Source: Octopus sinensis (Eukaryota). From it: a DNA stretch of 64,000 nt. Positions 23,965 to 35,687 of this stretch are shown here, piece after piece. Location of the stretch: assembly GCF_006345805.1 (NCBI RefSeq), contig NC_042997.1, positions 82,212,001 to 82,276,000 of the forward strand. The letters run 5' to 3'. Position 1 is the first letter of the stretch; each line of letters starts with the position of its first letter. Both the position numbers and the translations under genes were made by a program. The notes under the pieces are model-generated. The model had not been told where the DNA came from, did not search any database, and saw only the letters and a program-made list of their open reading frames with translations.

Positions 23965-26195
23965 CAGTCAGCGAGGTATTTTTTCGCGTTGGTAGTATTT
24001 TTGGTTAAATCACTTGTGATTCTGGAGTAAGTTGTTGTTTGTTATACTTGTTGAAGATCTCCTCGTGTGGGTGAACCTAGGACCTGTTAAATTTGTTAAA
24101 TTTTGAACTATTGTTGCTATTTTTGCTTGTTTTTATATTTGTTTTCTTCCCCAATTATGGGTGAAGTGAAGAAGAGAGGAGAGATGGAAAATGAACCAAC
24201 TGGAAGTTGCACATCAGCCACGAGTAAAGGAATATCTACCAACGCCCTGGAAGGGCAAGAAATTAAGATGGAGCCCAGAAGGTGGAAGGTGGGCAGTAAA
24301 TTAATAGAAAGGGAAGGAGCCAGTTTGAGGCTGACTCCACCGCAAGAATTGACTAACAATATGGCGAGGAGGACAGTAGTGTACAGAACGTTATCCACTC
24401 CTCTAAAAAGATAGAGGTTGCCCCAATAGAGGAAATAGAGGATGCTAAAAGGGAAAAAAGAGAGTGTAAGAAAGATTTGTTAATTTGTATAATTTAACTG
24501 TTAAATGGTACTGCTTGAAAGTGGGGCTCAATGCAGTCATTTCATCATCATTAATCTTATTATTTTATGCACCCTTCATTTTTCATTCGTTTCATGTTTT
24601 TGTCCCCACCCCCTGCTCCCAGTGGTGTCCTGTATGTCCTTGTGCTGTCCCCTCTATGTTATGGCCGTAGTGCCAAATAAAGAATTACAGTCTGCCAAAT
24701 AAAGAATAACTCTAGAAGTGCGAGAAATCAAAATTGAGCAGACGCTGAAAGTGTATAATAGGCTGATTCAGAAGAAGGGAACCAGTTTAAGGCTAACCCC
24801 GCCAGAAGAAGTGACAACCATTACAATGAAACGAACAGTGGTTTGCAGAACACTGTCTACAACGACCAAGAAAATAGAAATAGCCACGGTAGAAGTGATA
24901 GAAGAATGTCTTAAGGAGATAAAGAACCTAACAACATTCTCCACAAGAGGCAGAAAATACGGCACAGTGGTTTGAAATATGGCACAGGTGAGGTTTGAAA
25001 ACGAACAGGAGGCAATAAATCACTCACTTGTGACGCTCAGGACGAAAGAATATGTACTCCTGCCAACCTGCTGCGGCAAAAGAGTCGCCAGAGTTAGATA
25101 GGCAGGGTAGCCCCGGAAATAAAAGAAGCTTGGCTGGTGGCAGCCGTAATGCGTAAAACTGGGGAGGACGCCAAAATCTTAAAGGTGACAAGGACAAAGA
25201 AAGTAAATTGATGGGGATATGGCCTAGAAATGGTCATTCAGGTTGGACAAAAAGATTTGAACGAAATCGCTGAAGAGGTGATTCAACATAAGGTTGAGAG
25301 TGGTGGTGGTAGGAAGACCGCCAACCTGCTCTCAATGCGGAGAGAATGGAGACATGAGAATAAAGTGCCCCCAGAAAGACAGTAAAAATGAGGAAAGCCA
25401 ATAGGGCAGAGTGCCGAAGTGGCGGCCCTAGCAAGCGAGAAATGTACGGAGAAAGCGGAGGAAGCATTTACGGGAGTGAACAGGAGAAAAAGAAAATAAT
25501 TTGTGAACTCACCTCCGAATAGTCCAAAAAAGAAAAAAGGTGAAATGGACATTGCGGAACTTATGCGGTACACATCTCCACCAGTATCACCAACAAAAGG
25601 AAAGAAAACGGAAACCTACCCAGACAACACAAGTTCACCGCAGAAACAGTTTAAAAGTCCAGGAAAAATAAATGGTATATGGTAACATATACAAAAGTAC
25701 GACGATAAAAAGAAAAATTACCAAATTCAAATCGGTAATTAGAGAAAAATTACCAGCGGAGTTTTACATAGAAAATACAAAAGGCATATTAATTGACCTA
25801 GAGAGGTATGGAAAATTAAAAGAATGGTTTGGAACCAACATAGACCCATTGGGAGTGGAGGTTGAGTTCGATCACCTACCGTCTGTTGTGGATTATGTAG
25901 ATCTGAAACCATCTGAACTTGTATGGCGTGAGTAAGCTTTTAAGAATTTGTTAAAATTGACTACACATACGATGCTAAAAGAAAAAAGAGAAAACAGAAA
26001 AAATGATATAAAAACTTTTTATTGAAACAGTTAAATGGTACTGCTTGAGAGTGGGGTTCAAGCAGCCATTACATCCTCATTAATTATTATTCAGCTCGCG
26101 TTCATTCGTTTTATTTTTTTGTCGCCACTGCGGTGTTTTTCTGTCCTTGTGCCGTCCCCGTCTGTATCATGGCCTATGTGTCAGGTAAAGAAATA
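23965..26195 (+). mobile_element. Two head-to-tail ORF1(gag)-only Tx1-like units, family 1 (B ~23965-24692, internally deleted; C ~24710-26195, 5'-truncated)
   Basis: Gag motifs LRLTPP.E, RTVV.RTLS and LLPT.CGKRVARV. Shared 3' UTR ending (A)ATAAAGAA(T/A)TA|CAGTC. No EN or RT sequence. Confidence 0.8.
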
Positions 26196-26212
26196 CAGTC
26201 AGCGAGGTACAT

Positions 26213-26500
26213 TGTTCGGGACAGTCCCGTAGAGACGACGAAATACGTCGTCATAATGCGGGACATAACAGAGGCGACGATGATTCGTAGCTCACACAGC
26301 CACTGATATGTAGAAGCGGGGCATAACAGTGGCGACGAGGATACCTCTCACTTTATAACGGCGTCGTTATAATAGTGGTAACGAGGTTACGAGCGCTCGT
26401 AGGAGTGTCGAAATGGAAGATCTATGTTCAAGAACAATGAAAGAAAGTTTGAAGGAATCGAACTCTACACAGAACTGAACTACACACGATGAAAAATAAT
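26213..26500 (+). mobile_element. LTR-retrotransposon remnant with a tRNA-Ser(GCU)-type primer-binding site
   Basis: ...CATAACA G TGGCGACGAGGAT (26330-26342) is complementary to the ...AUCCUCGUCG-CCA 3' end of metazoan tRNA-Ser(GCU), recalled from memory. Confidence 0.5.
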
Positions 26501-26673
26501 TCTGTGTGGAAGAAATAATAATAAGTCCATTCGAAGGATTTATAAGTCAGGTCGCTATATGTTGTAGTGCTACCAGTAATAATGTAGGCTTGGTACTATC
26601 TGCGGCATTTTGAAAAGAAAAAAGTCTATGGTTTTGTGTGGAACAAAAAAAAATAATAGTAATAATAATAATA

Positions 26674-26709
<36 letters not shown>

Positions 26710-26711
<2 letters not shown>

Positions 26712-27267
26712 GCCCTGATGCAGTACCAGGCAGTGGCTCTCATGGCTTCTGATCTTAACTGATTGGAAGTGTTATCATGTACATTGTTTTGTCTTGGTAT
26801 AAAAGATGGGCTACAGCAAATATTCTGCTCAATACCACAGATTTGCTTGTTAGTTGTTTGACCTTAACCAGTTGAGCATGTCCCTTAGTGGCTGACGATA
26901 TGTGCATCTCTGATCACGAGCAGAAGTAGTGGGGGAGCATCATAGCCATGTGTTGAGAGGGATTCTTTGGGGTTTGAATAGTTCACCTCTGGAAACATGG
27001 GTGGTTCTTTCAACATCCTTAGACAACCCTTATTCAGGGACCGTTTGAGCGGGATGGGCTACACAACCTGAAGAAAATTCTAACTGGGCCCCACCTGCAA
27101 GGTCATGTGCTGTTTATCTTGATATGAGATCACCATGTCGCGCACATATGGTTGTGATGCATGTGCCTGGTGTGCCTTTATCAGACGGGTAGTCATGATG
27201 GGTATATTGGGCTTCGTATATTTTACCCCAGTGTCACTTTGATGGCATGAACTGCTCTCTCACTCAA
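26710..27267. repeat. ~560-bp interspersed repeat bounded by (TAA)n on both sides
   Basis: Non-coding block between TAA tracts; family not assigned. Confidence 0.45.
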
Positions 27268-27340
27268 TAATAATAATAATAATAATAATAAATAATAATA
27301 ATAATAATATAATAATAATAATCAACTGCTAATCAATCGT

Positions 27341-29254
27341 ATGATCCTTGAGAACTGTCACAACAAGCGCAGAAATCTCAGCACCCCATGGATTGACTAT
27401 AAAAAGGCCTTCGACAGTATACCGCATCCATGGATCTTGAGATCGCTGGACATCTTCAAAATTTCCCCTGTGATTTCAAACTTCCTGAAGCACAATATGT
27501 CGTTATGGAATACGAATCTCCAATTATACCACTCTAATGGAGTACTTGCCTCAGAAAATATAAACATCAACTGTGGAATTTTTCAAGGTGACTCACTTTC
27601 ACCTTTAATATTCTGCATAGCCCTAATACCCCTTACAAGTGAATTAAACAGAACAGGGTATGGGTATAAAATTGCCAATAAAAAAATAAGCCATCTATTT
27701 TATATGGATGACTTAAAACTTTATGGTAAAGACAATAATGAACTTGAAGGCCTATTGCGCACTGTGAAAGCATTCAGCGATGACATCGGGATGGAGTTTG
27801 GACTTGAGAAGTGTGCCAAGGCCACTTTCCAGAAAGGGAAAGTGAAGACCACAAATTCAGTCGTGTTAGATGTTGACACAGTCATAAGAGAGCTTGAGCA
27901 AGAACAAACATACAAATATTTAGGGATAAATGAAGGCTCTGGTATTCAGCATGCAAGCATGAAAGAGAAGATCAGGAAGGAATGTTATAGGAGAGTTCGT
28001 GCAGTCCTGAAATCTGAACTAAATGCACGTAACAAGGTGTTAGCTATAAATTCCTTAGCAGTTCCAGTTGTTACTTATAGCTACAATATGTTGAACTGGA
28101 ATATGAGTGAAGTAAAAAATATAGATAGGAAAATACGCAAGCTGCTGAGTTGTAATAGGATGCACCACCCAAAGGCAGACGTAGATCGCCTTTACCTTCC
28201 CAGAGCCCAAGGAGGTCGAGGCCTGATACTATTTGAACTAGCTTACAAAACAACCACAATTGGACTGGCCAAATATCTCGAAATATCGAATGACTGGATG
28301 CTAAAGCTCGTGGAAAATCACGAGAGACGAAAGAAGCTTCATTCTATCATCAAGGAAAGCAAAAAATTTGCTATTGATCTCGTGCAGGATACCCAAACAG
28401 AACAACCCGAGGGAAGTACGGCAATTATTGTTGCAAACAAGGTGAAAATGATGGCAACGAAAAAAGCGCACGAGCAATTGGCTGATAGGTGGGAGGAGAA
28501 ACCTCTGCACGGCAAATATGTGACCCGCAGCAAACAAGCTGATGTTGACCAGAAGCAAACCCATCAGTGGCTACGGAGCTCAGGGCTAAAAGCAGAGAGC
28601 GAAGGTTTCATCCTGGCTGCTCAAGATCAAAGCCTATTAACCCGGAACTACCAGGCCAATGTGATGAAAAATGGAGCAGACCCAAAATGCCGATTCTGCA
28701 ACGACATGATTGAAACAGTGGACCACCTAATCTCTGAATGTAAAGTCTTAGCACCAGTGGAGTATAAATTAAGACATGACAGAGTTGGCCAATATCTCCA
28801 CTGGCTAATAAGTCGGCATTACAATATCAAAACTGCCGACAAGTGGTATAATCACCACCCTGAGGCTGTAACTGAAGGAGAAAATGTAACCATTCTGTGG
28901 GACTTTCTAGTACATACAGACCGAACCATCAAGGCCAATAAACCAGATATTGTTGTGAAAGACCAAAACAATAAAGTTTGCTTATTGATCGACATGAGCA
29001 TCCCCTGTGATCATAATATCTCAGCGAAAGAGTTTGACAAGCTCAGAAAATATAAAGACCTACTCATTGAAATTGAGAAAATGTGGCATCTCAAGGCGGT
29101 TACAATACTAGTGATCGTAGGAGCACTAGGAATGATCAAGAAGGGAACCGAAAATTATATGAGAATGATCCCTGGCTTACCATCCCTGCAAGAAGTGCAA
29201 AAGATTGTCTTAACTGGTACATCACACGTATTGAGAAGAGCATTGTCGATGTGA
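27341..29254 (+). CDS. 5'-truncated but uninterrupted R4/Dong-clade retrotransposon ORF (RT, CCHC, restriction-like endonuclease)
   Basis: 637-codon open frame: WIDYKKAFDS, GIFQGDSLSP, FYMDD, CRFC..ETVDHLISEC, RHD, PDIVVKD. Flanked by (TAA)n at ~27268-27320 and ~29433-29458. Confidence 0.92.
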   Translation: MILENCHNKRRNLSTPWIDYKKAFDSIPHPWILRSLDIFKISPVISNFLKHNMSLWNTNLQLYHSNGVLASENININCGIFQGDSLSPLIFCIALIPLTSELNRTGYGYKIANKKISHLFYMDDLKLYGKDNNELEGLLRTVKAFSDDIGMEFGLEKCAKATFQKGKVKTTNSVVLDVDTVIRELEQEQTYKYLGINEGSGIQHASMKEKIRKECYRRVRAVLKSELNARNKVLAINSLAVPVVTYSYNMLNWNMSEVKNIDRKIRKLLSCNRMHHPKADVDRLYLPRAQGGRGLILFELAYKTTTIGLAKYLEISNDWMLKLVENHERRKKLHSIIKESKKFAIDLVQDTQTEQPEGSTAIIVANKVKMMATKKAHEQLADRWEEKPLHGKYVTRSKQADVDQKQTHQWLRSSGLKAESEGFILAAQDQSLLTRNYQANVMKNGADPKCRFCNDMIETVDHLISECKVLAPVEYKLRHDRVGQYLHWLISRHYNIKTADKWYNHHPEAVTEGENVTILWDFLVHTDRTIKANKPDIVVKDQNNKVCLLIDMSIPCDHNISAKEFDKLRKYKDLLIEIEKMWHLKAVTILVIVGALGMIKKGTENYMRMIPGLPSLQEVQKIVLTGTSHVLRRALSM

Positions 29255-30143
29255 GAACTGTTGCTGCTCATGTATTTTAATTTAACTTAAAAAAAATTTT
29301 TTTTTTTTAAATGAACGAACTATTGAGTTTGGTTTAATGGCCTACCAATGTATACTATGAGTTTCTTTGCCCTAGGAGTCGGGAAGACACTCGGCAAGAA
29401 ATGGAAGCAAATTTGAAAGAAGAAAAAAAAAGTAATAATAATAATAATAATAATAATAAGCCCGTTCGAGGGATTTCTTAATCAGATCGCTATATGTAGT
29501 AGCGCTACCAGTAATAACGTAGACTTGGTATTTTGAAAATAAATGGTTCTGTAGAGAACAAAAATAACAGTAATAAGTCCGTGCAAAGGATTTAATAATT
29601 CTGTGTGGAACAAAAAATAATTCTGGTTAGAAGAAAAAAATGAAAAATATTAACGATACATTTAAAGCGTGTCATACCAGAAGATTTCAATCGTAAGTAG
29701 ATATCTGTTGAAATTGAAAACGAACCAGTTGCTAAGAAAGTTAAAGTGGACAAAGAAAACGCAAGCCATTTTGAGGATACTAAACAAGTCCTCTTTGAAA
29801 ATACTCCAGATAAAATATCGATGGAAATGACTAGTAAAGAACACGTTGTAGAAAGTTCTGAAATTAGAGAATCTGAGCTATCTGTTACAGGAAAAGGTCC
29901 TTCTACTGAAAATGCTTTGTTGAGGAATCGTTCTAATGGAAACACAGGTAGCCGATCCAGTTTCTGTCGAGAAAATTATAGCAAAAGGATTTGTGGTAGA
30001 AATGAAATATATATATATATAATAATGCTGTGTAATTTTTTTTTTTAAATCTCATAGAGGAGAGATGTTGTGGCGGACACCTCCAGATGAGAAGTGGGCT
30101 GGTCCACTACTAATAAACATTGGACTAAAACGGTCAGAAATGT

Positions 30144-33100
30144 CACTCAGCGAGCTATTTTTTCGCGTTGGTGGTATTTTTGGTTGAATCATTTGTGATT
30201 TTGAAGTAAGTCGTTTGTTGTTGTATGCTTGTTGAATGTCTATCGTGTGCGTGAACCTGGGATTTGTTAAATTTGTTGAATTTTAAACTATTGTTGCTGT
30301 TTTTGTCTAATTTCATATTTGTTTTCTTCCCCAATTGTGGGTGAAATGGAGAAGAAAGGAGAGATGGAAAATGAACCAGCTGGAAGTTGCGCATTAGCCA
30401 CGATTAGAGAAGTATTTACCAGCACCCTGGAGGTGCGAGGAATTGAGATGGAGCCCGGAAGGTCGAGGGAGGGCGGTGAATTGATAGAAGGGGAAGGAGC
30501 CGGAGGAATTGACTAACAGTGTGGCGGAGAGGACAGTGGTGTACAGAACGTTATCCACGTCCTCTAAAAAGATAGAGGTTGCCCCAATAGAGGCAACAGA
30601 GGAGTGCATCAAGGACGTAAAGAGGCTTACCACATTTTATACGCGTGAAGGAAGGTGCCGCACGGTGGAGGTGAGGTTTGGCAACGAAGAAGCTATAAAC
30701 CACTCTACTGTGCCGATAAGGACACAGGATTGGGTACTTCTACCGACTTACTGTGACAAATGCGTCGCCAGAGTAAGAATTGGCAGAGTAGCCCCACCCC
30801 CCACCCCGAGATTAAGGAAGCATGGATGATGGTAGCAGTCATGCACAGAATGGAGGATGAAGTGAGAAGAACCAAAAAGGTTAATTGATGGGGGTGTGGC
30901 CTCGAAATGGCCATACAAGCGAGCCTAAAAGATCTGTACGAGATCACAGAGGAGATCATTCTCCCAGAAGGCGTCAGACTAGGAGTAGTAAATGGAAGGA
31001 AGACCACCAATATGTTTCTTATGTGGTCAAAAGGGGCACATGAAAGTAAGTGCTCCCAGAAAGAAAACGAAGTTTAGGAGCAGAAAAGTGAAGAACGGAT
31101 TGCCGAAGTGGCAGTGCCGGAAAGGGTGAAAGATAGAGTGGAAGAATCATTCACCGTCGTGAATAGGAGGAAAAGGAAAGAACGGGTGAGCTCTTCCCCA
31201 GAGAGCCAGAAAAGGATGAAGGAGATGGAGGAGAAAAGGTACAGGTTCGAGACACCAGCAGAATCAACAATGGAAGGTAGAATGGAAGCAGAAGCATCAT
31301 TGCAACATAATGTGGAATGCTCAGACATTGACGTTTATTTCGGTGCACCAAGAGAGGAGCCAAGTGAAAAGACTCGTTCGGACAGCCCAGGTCCGTCGAT
31401 GAAGCAAACCGATATTAAAAAGAAAAAAATAGCATATGATTACATATGCCAAAAGTACGGCACTCGAGCAGAAGATCAGGAAGTTTAAATCGATCATAAT
31501 AGTAAGGTTGTCACCGGAGAAATATACAGAACAAACCAAGGAAATAATTATTGACCAGGAGAGATACGAGAAAATGAGAGAACTGTTCAGAGGTAGTATA
31601 GACCCCTAAGGGGTCGAAATTAAATTCAACGATTACCATCGGTCGTGGAGTATGAAGATTTGAAACGCTTAATGAACTGTTAAAAAGAGTAAAGTATGCA
31701 AAATTTTATTAAAAAAAAGAGAAAAAATAGACTTTGAAAATTAAAAAGAATGATGCTAAAATGTAAAAAACAGAGAGTGTAAGAAAGATTTGTTAATTTG
31801 TATAATTTAACTGTTAAATGGTATTGTTTGAGAGTGGGACTCAACGCAGCCATTTCATCATCATTAATTTTATTATTTTTATGCATCTTTCATTTTTCAT
31901 TTGTTTTATGTTGTTTTTTTTTTTTGTGGTGTTCTGCCAGTCCTTGTGCTGTCCCCTCTTTGTTATGGCCTAGGTGCCAATATAAAGAATTACACTCAGC
32001 GAGCTACGCCAGCGTTGATTTTGTATTTTGTATCGTTGCGGATAGGATATCCTTTGTTGAAGGTCCTCCTTAGTGGGGTTACCTGTTGTTGACGATTGTT
32101 TTGACTTGTGATATTATTTGCTTTTGTTTTGTTTTTTTTCACCCAGTGAGGACGAAAATTACAGTGAACATGGAAGAAGTACAAGCGCGTGCCGGGAGCT
32201 ACGCTTCGGTAGCTGGCTGCGATAATATTGTTGCAACTCTTAAACAGCTGGAAATCAGAGGGGTGGCCGTAGACTTCGAGACAGTGAAGAACAGTGGGAA
32301 AATATTAAAAAGAGAAGGAACAAGACTGAAATTGACACCACCAGAAGTAACAAGAAACAAAGAAAAAACAGTGGTTTACTGAACCCTCTCATTAGTAACC
32401 AAGAAAATCGAAATGGCGAAAGAGGAAGAGTTGGAAGAATGCTTGATAAAGCTAAGTGGTAATATTGAATTTTACTGTAGAGGCAGGAAGTTTGGTACAG
32501 TGGAGGTGCACTTCTCGACAGTGGAGGAAGCAGCAAGACATTCCACTGTAACCCTGAAATCGGAAAAATGGTCACTACTGCCGACTTTCCTCGGAAGCGA
32601 GTGGCAAGAGTGAGAATTGGCAGAGTGCCCCCAGAAATCAATGAAATGTGGTTGCTAGCAGCTATAGACACCAAGGATGACCCGCAGGTGCTGCAAATGA
32701 GCCGTACGAAACAGCTAAATTTCATGAGGATATGGCCTAGAAATCATAATTCAGGCAACCACACTTGATCTCCACGAGATAACGGAGGAAATTGTGCTGT
32801 CAGAGGATGTGGGACTGGGTGTGGTAGTGGAGGGAAAACTTCCGACATGCTACCACTGCAGCGAGAAGGGCCATATTAAGGGAAAGTGCCCCCTTATTGA
32901 TAACCAAACACCAATGGAGGTGAGACAAGAGGAAAGCAGTAGCAACGAGAAGCTGAATGAAAATGCAGAAGAGCGAGATATAGATGAAGTCCAAGAAACA
33001 CAGAATAGGAAAAGAAAAGATATCAAGAACTCTCCACCCCCTAAGAATTCTAAAAAAAAGAAGAGAACTGAGTGACACGCAAGAATATACCAGATAGTCC

Positions 33101-33728
33101 AGAATCTCCAACCAAATATACACCATCACGTACATAAAGTCCTGTAACACCAATAAAATATGCACAAGCACTTACAAACACTTCACGTATACGAACAAAT
33201 TCTGACCGTACAGATTCACTAATTGATTACACACAAGCAGGCACACAAGCAGACACTAGAAACACAAAATAATTATAAAAACAGAGCATATATAACACAC
33301 TGTTGGACGAATGCAGCAATTGAAGAAAAAATAGGGAAGATGAAGGCAGTAATTAGAGTTATAGAAGAAGAAAACATGAGAGTCCCAGATATGGAATGCA
33401 TTTTAATTTACAGGAAAAACTATAAGAATTAAAGCAAACTTTGAGAACGAAGTAAACCCATTAGGGGTAGAAATAAGATACGATCGTCTGCCACATTTGA
33501 AATACTGAAACCACTTTGCATTTAATAAGATAATTATTCGGATAAAATTTGGATTTAAAATAATGTAAAAATATAGTTAAAATGGCACAACTCGGAAGTG
33601 GGGTCGAGTAGTAGCCATTACATCTTCATTTTTAAATAATTTCCTTTCATTCATCCGTTTATGTGTTTTGTCCCCACTTGTGCTGTCTTGTCTGTCCCGT
33701 ATGCCAATTATAGGCAATAAAAGAAATA
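30144..33728 (+). mobile_element. Two more head-to-tail ORF1-only units, family 1 (D 30144-31992; E 31993-33728), followed by the start of a further unit
   Basis: Each starts CACTCAGCGAGCTA, carries gag with a zinc knuckle (E: CYHCSEKGHIKGKCP) and ends in the shared 3' UTR. Confidence 0.82.
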
Positions 33729-33909
33729 CAGTCAGCGAAGTACGTGAATAGTGTCGTTCGAGCGGCAAGTTCATTTGAATGAGAAATTGTTTTGTTGGTT
33801 TTCTTTTTCAAGTGCATTGTTGAACTGTTTATCTTGTTAAACTGTAGCCTGCTTGACAGGTGTTGTTTCTGAACTTGTGTTCCTTCCCCCTATGGTGGGA
33901 AGATTGTAA

Positions 33910-34400
33910 TCTCTCTATATATAAAACTGAGAATGTGTGTCTGTCTGTCTGTCTGTCTGTCTATGTGTTTCCCTAAAACTTGAGAACTACACAACCAATT
34001 TCATTCAAATTTTACACATGCCTTACTTAAGGTCCGGGGAGTGTCATCGGCAAAAAAAATCTTAACTTTTTCCCTAGGGCGACCCCACAGCAATATCATA
34101 TCTTCTCCACTATTTCAGTATTACGTGTTAAAAGTGAAACAAAAACATCTCTCTTTTGTAATGCAGACACTTTCATTTTAATACTGAAACTATTAAAGTG
34201 AAAGTATAATATAACAGGGATGAACCATTAATAGTGGTCATCCCTTTTGCTAGAAGAAGATCCGCTATGGTCTTATATGCTACACCACTGGTTTTCAATT
34301 CATATTAATCAAATTAATAATCAGTTTTTCACCCTTATTATGTGTGTGTATGTGTATTAGCAATTCGTATAAAACTGCATCAATGACTTGAACTTGAATA
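33910..34400 (+). mobile_element. Helitron-like 5' segment
   Basis: A|TCTCTCTATATATAAAA followed by (CTGT)n, resembling the 5' end at 13258. The 3' end was not found. Confidence 0.5.
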
Positions 34401-34631
34401 AGTGGTTTCACATAAATGGGGATAAATAAAAAAGGTTTGTTGTTATTATTATTACTGTTTGACTATTGTAATCACGTTTGATGGTTCCTCGTCAGGGAAA
34501 CGTTGTTGTGTTGAATTTGTTAAATAATTGTAAACCGCAACCCTCCCCCTTTCGGAGAAGGAGTTTTGGTTATTGTTTAAAAATTGAATTGTGTCCCTGT
34601 TTGGGGAAATTGACAATATTTTCACCGTCTT

Positions 34632-35025
34632 TACATTAGCGTCGTCGCTAATTGTAGCAGGAGCAATCGTATATCGCTGGGTTGAGTAGCACTGTGGTCT
34701 GAAGTTAGTCATTACAAGGACTGGAACCAAAGACCTTGGTGAAGGAATTCACTCCCTTATATACAAGTAAGGTGGCTCAAACGAGCCTAAGAAATGGGAC
34801 CTTAACCAAAGGCCGTGATTGGTTGGCTTGGGACAGTGGCGCGAAATGAGTAGAGACAAATCGCGTCACATGTCAACCAATCAGGTTAGTGGTTACAACA
34901 GGAACAACTCGGCCAAAGATGGCTGTAACCTCAAACGAGATCATTCCTGTCGTGTCTTTCAAAAAGTGAGGATATCAGAAACCGCTACAGTCATATTTCA
35001 AAATGGCTGAAACTGCCATGCTACA
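34632..35025 (-). mobile_element. Partial LTR (5' 394 bp of the LTR at 57884-58690)
   Basis: Near-identical reverse complement of 57884-58276; starts TGTAGCATGG. Confidence 0.85.
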
Positions 35026-35667
35026 CATGCAATCACTCGAGAATTTCTGCGATTCACCTCAGCATTCACAGTAAACTTCTCGTTCACAAACACGAGAGTT
35101 TTTCCTGTACATTGATGCTCGATGAATGACAGAAGCTTTGGGCATCTCTCGGTACTGATTGCTTTGGCCTTGGCTGTTAGGAGGTTATGGCATCATTGAA
35201 CATAGCTAGACATGCCAAAGTTCCTATTCATAGCTGTGGGCACTATGGAAAGGGACACATTGCGTTTTTTGCGAGAGTTATCATGGATGTGGATGGGTTG
35301 GCTTCAATCGAGAGTTTGAGGCTAGCGAGAAACTTTCGATTGCGTTTAGAATCACTTCTATCTTGTGTCCTTGTCTATCAATCTTTCCCTCTTCTTTAAA
35401 CTGTTTATACACACGATTAACTGTTACTTTTGGAAGTTTCGTCAACTTAACAATGTTATTGACAGTGTGCCCGGCACGTGCCAATACAACAATGGCGGAA
35501 CGATTCTGTTGCTCCATGACTTTCTGTTGTCCAATTAGTTCGCTATTTACCTGAAAAATAAAGATGTAGATTAGATTTTCAAGCAAGCAAGGTTTCGTCC
35601 AAAATGAAATGTTAAACTCACTAAGGCAACTGCTTAGAATTGGTCTCAATTTATCTGCAAGACCCTG
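35026..35667 (-). mobile_element. 5' half of a decayed DD37D (maT)-like Tc1/mariner transposon
   Basis: TA|CAGGG terminus; MEQQNRSAIVVLARAGH..IVKLTKLPKVTVNRVYK; RCPKLL..EKFTVNAEVNRRNSRVIA. Confidence 0.75.
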
Positions 35668-35687
35668 TACACACACACACACACACA

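Noticed and set aside
29640-30048. Acidic, Ser-rich ORF as a host exon
   Set aside because: In-frame stop upstream, no recognisable domain or convincing splice sites; possibly the tail of an LTR-element pol.
34485-34510. CTGACGAG on the minus strand as a hammerhead
   Set aside because: No stem II and no GAAA downstream.
34695-34735. CTGAAGT-TAGTC..GACTG-GAAC hammerhead-like string within the LTR
   Set aside because: Two core mismatches and no stem III or cleavage site; likely chance.
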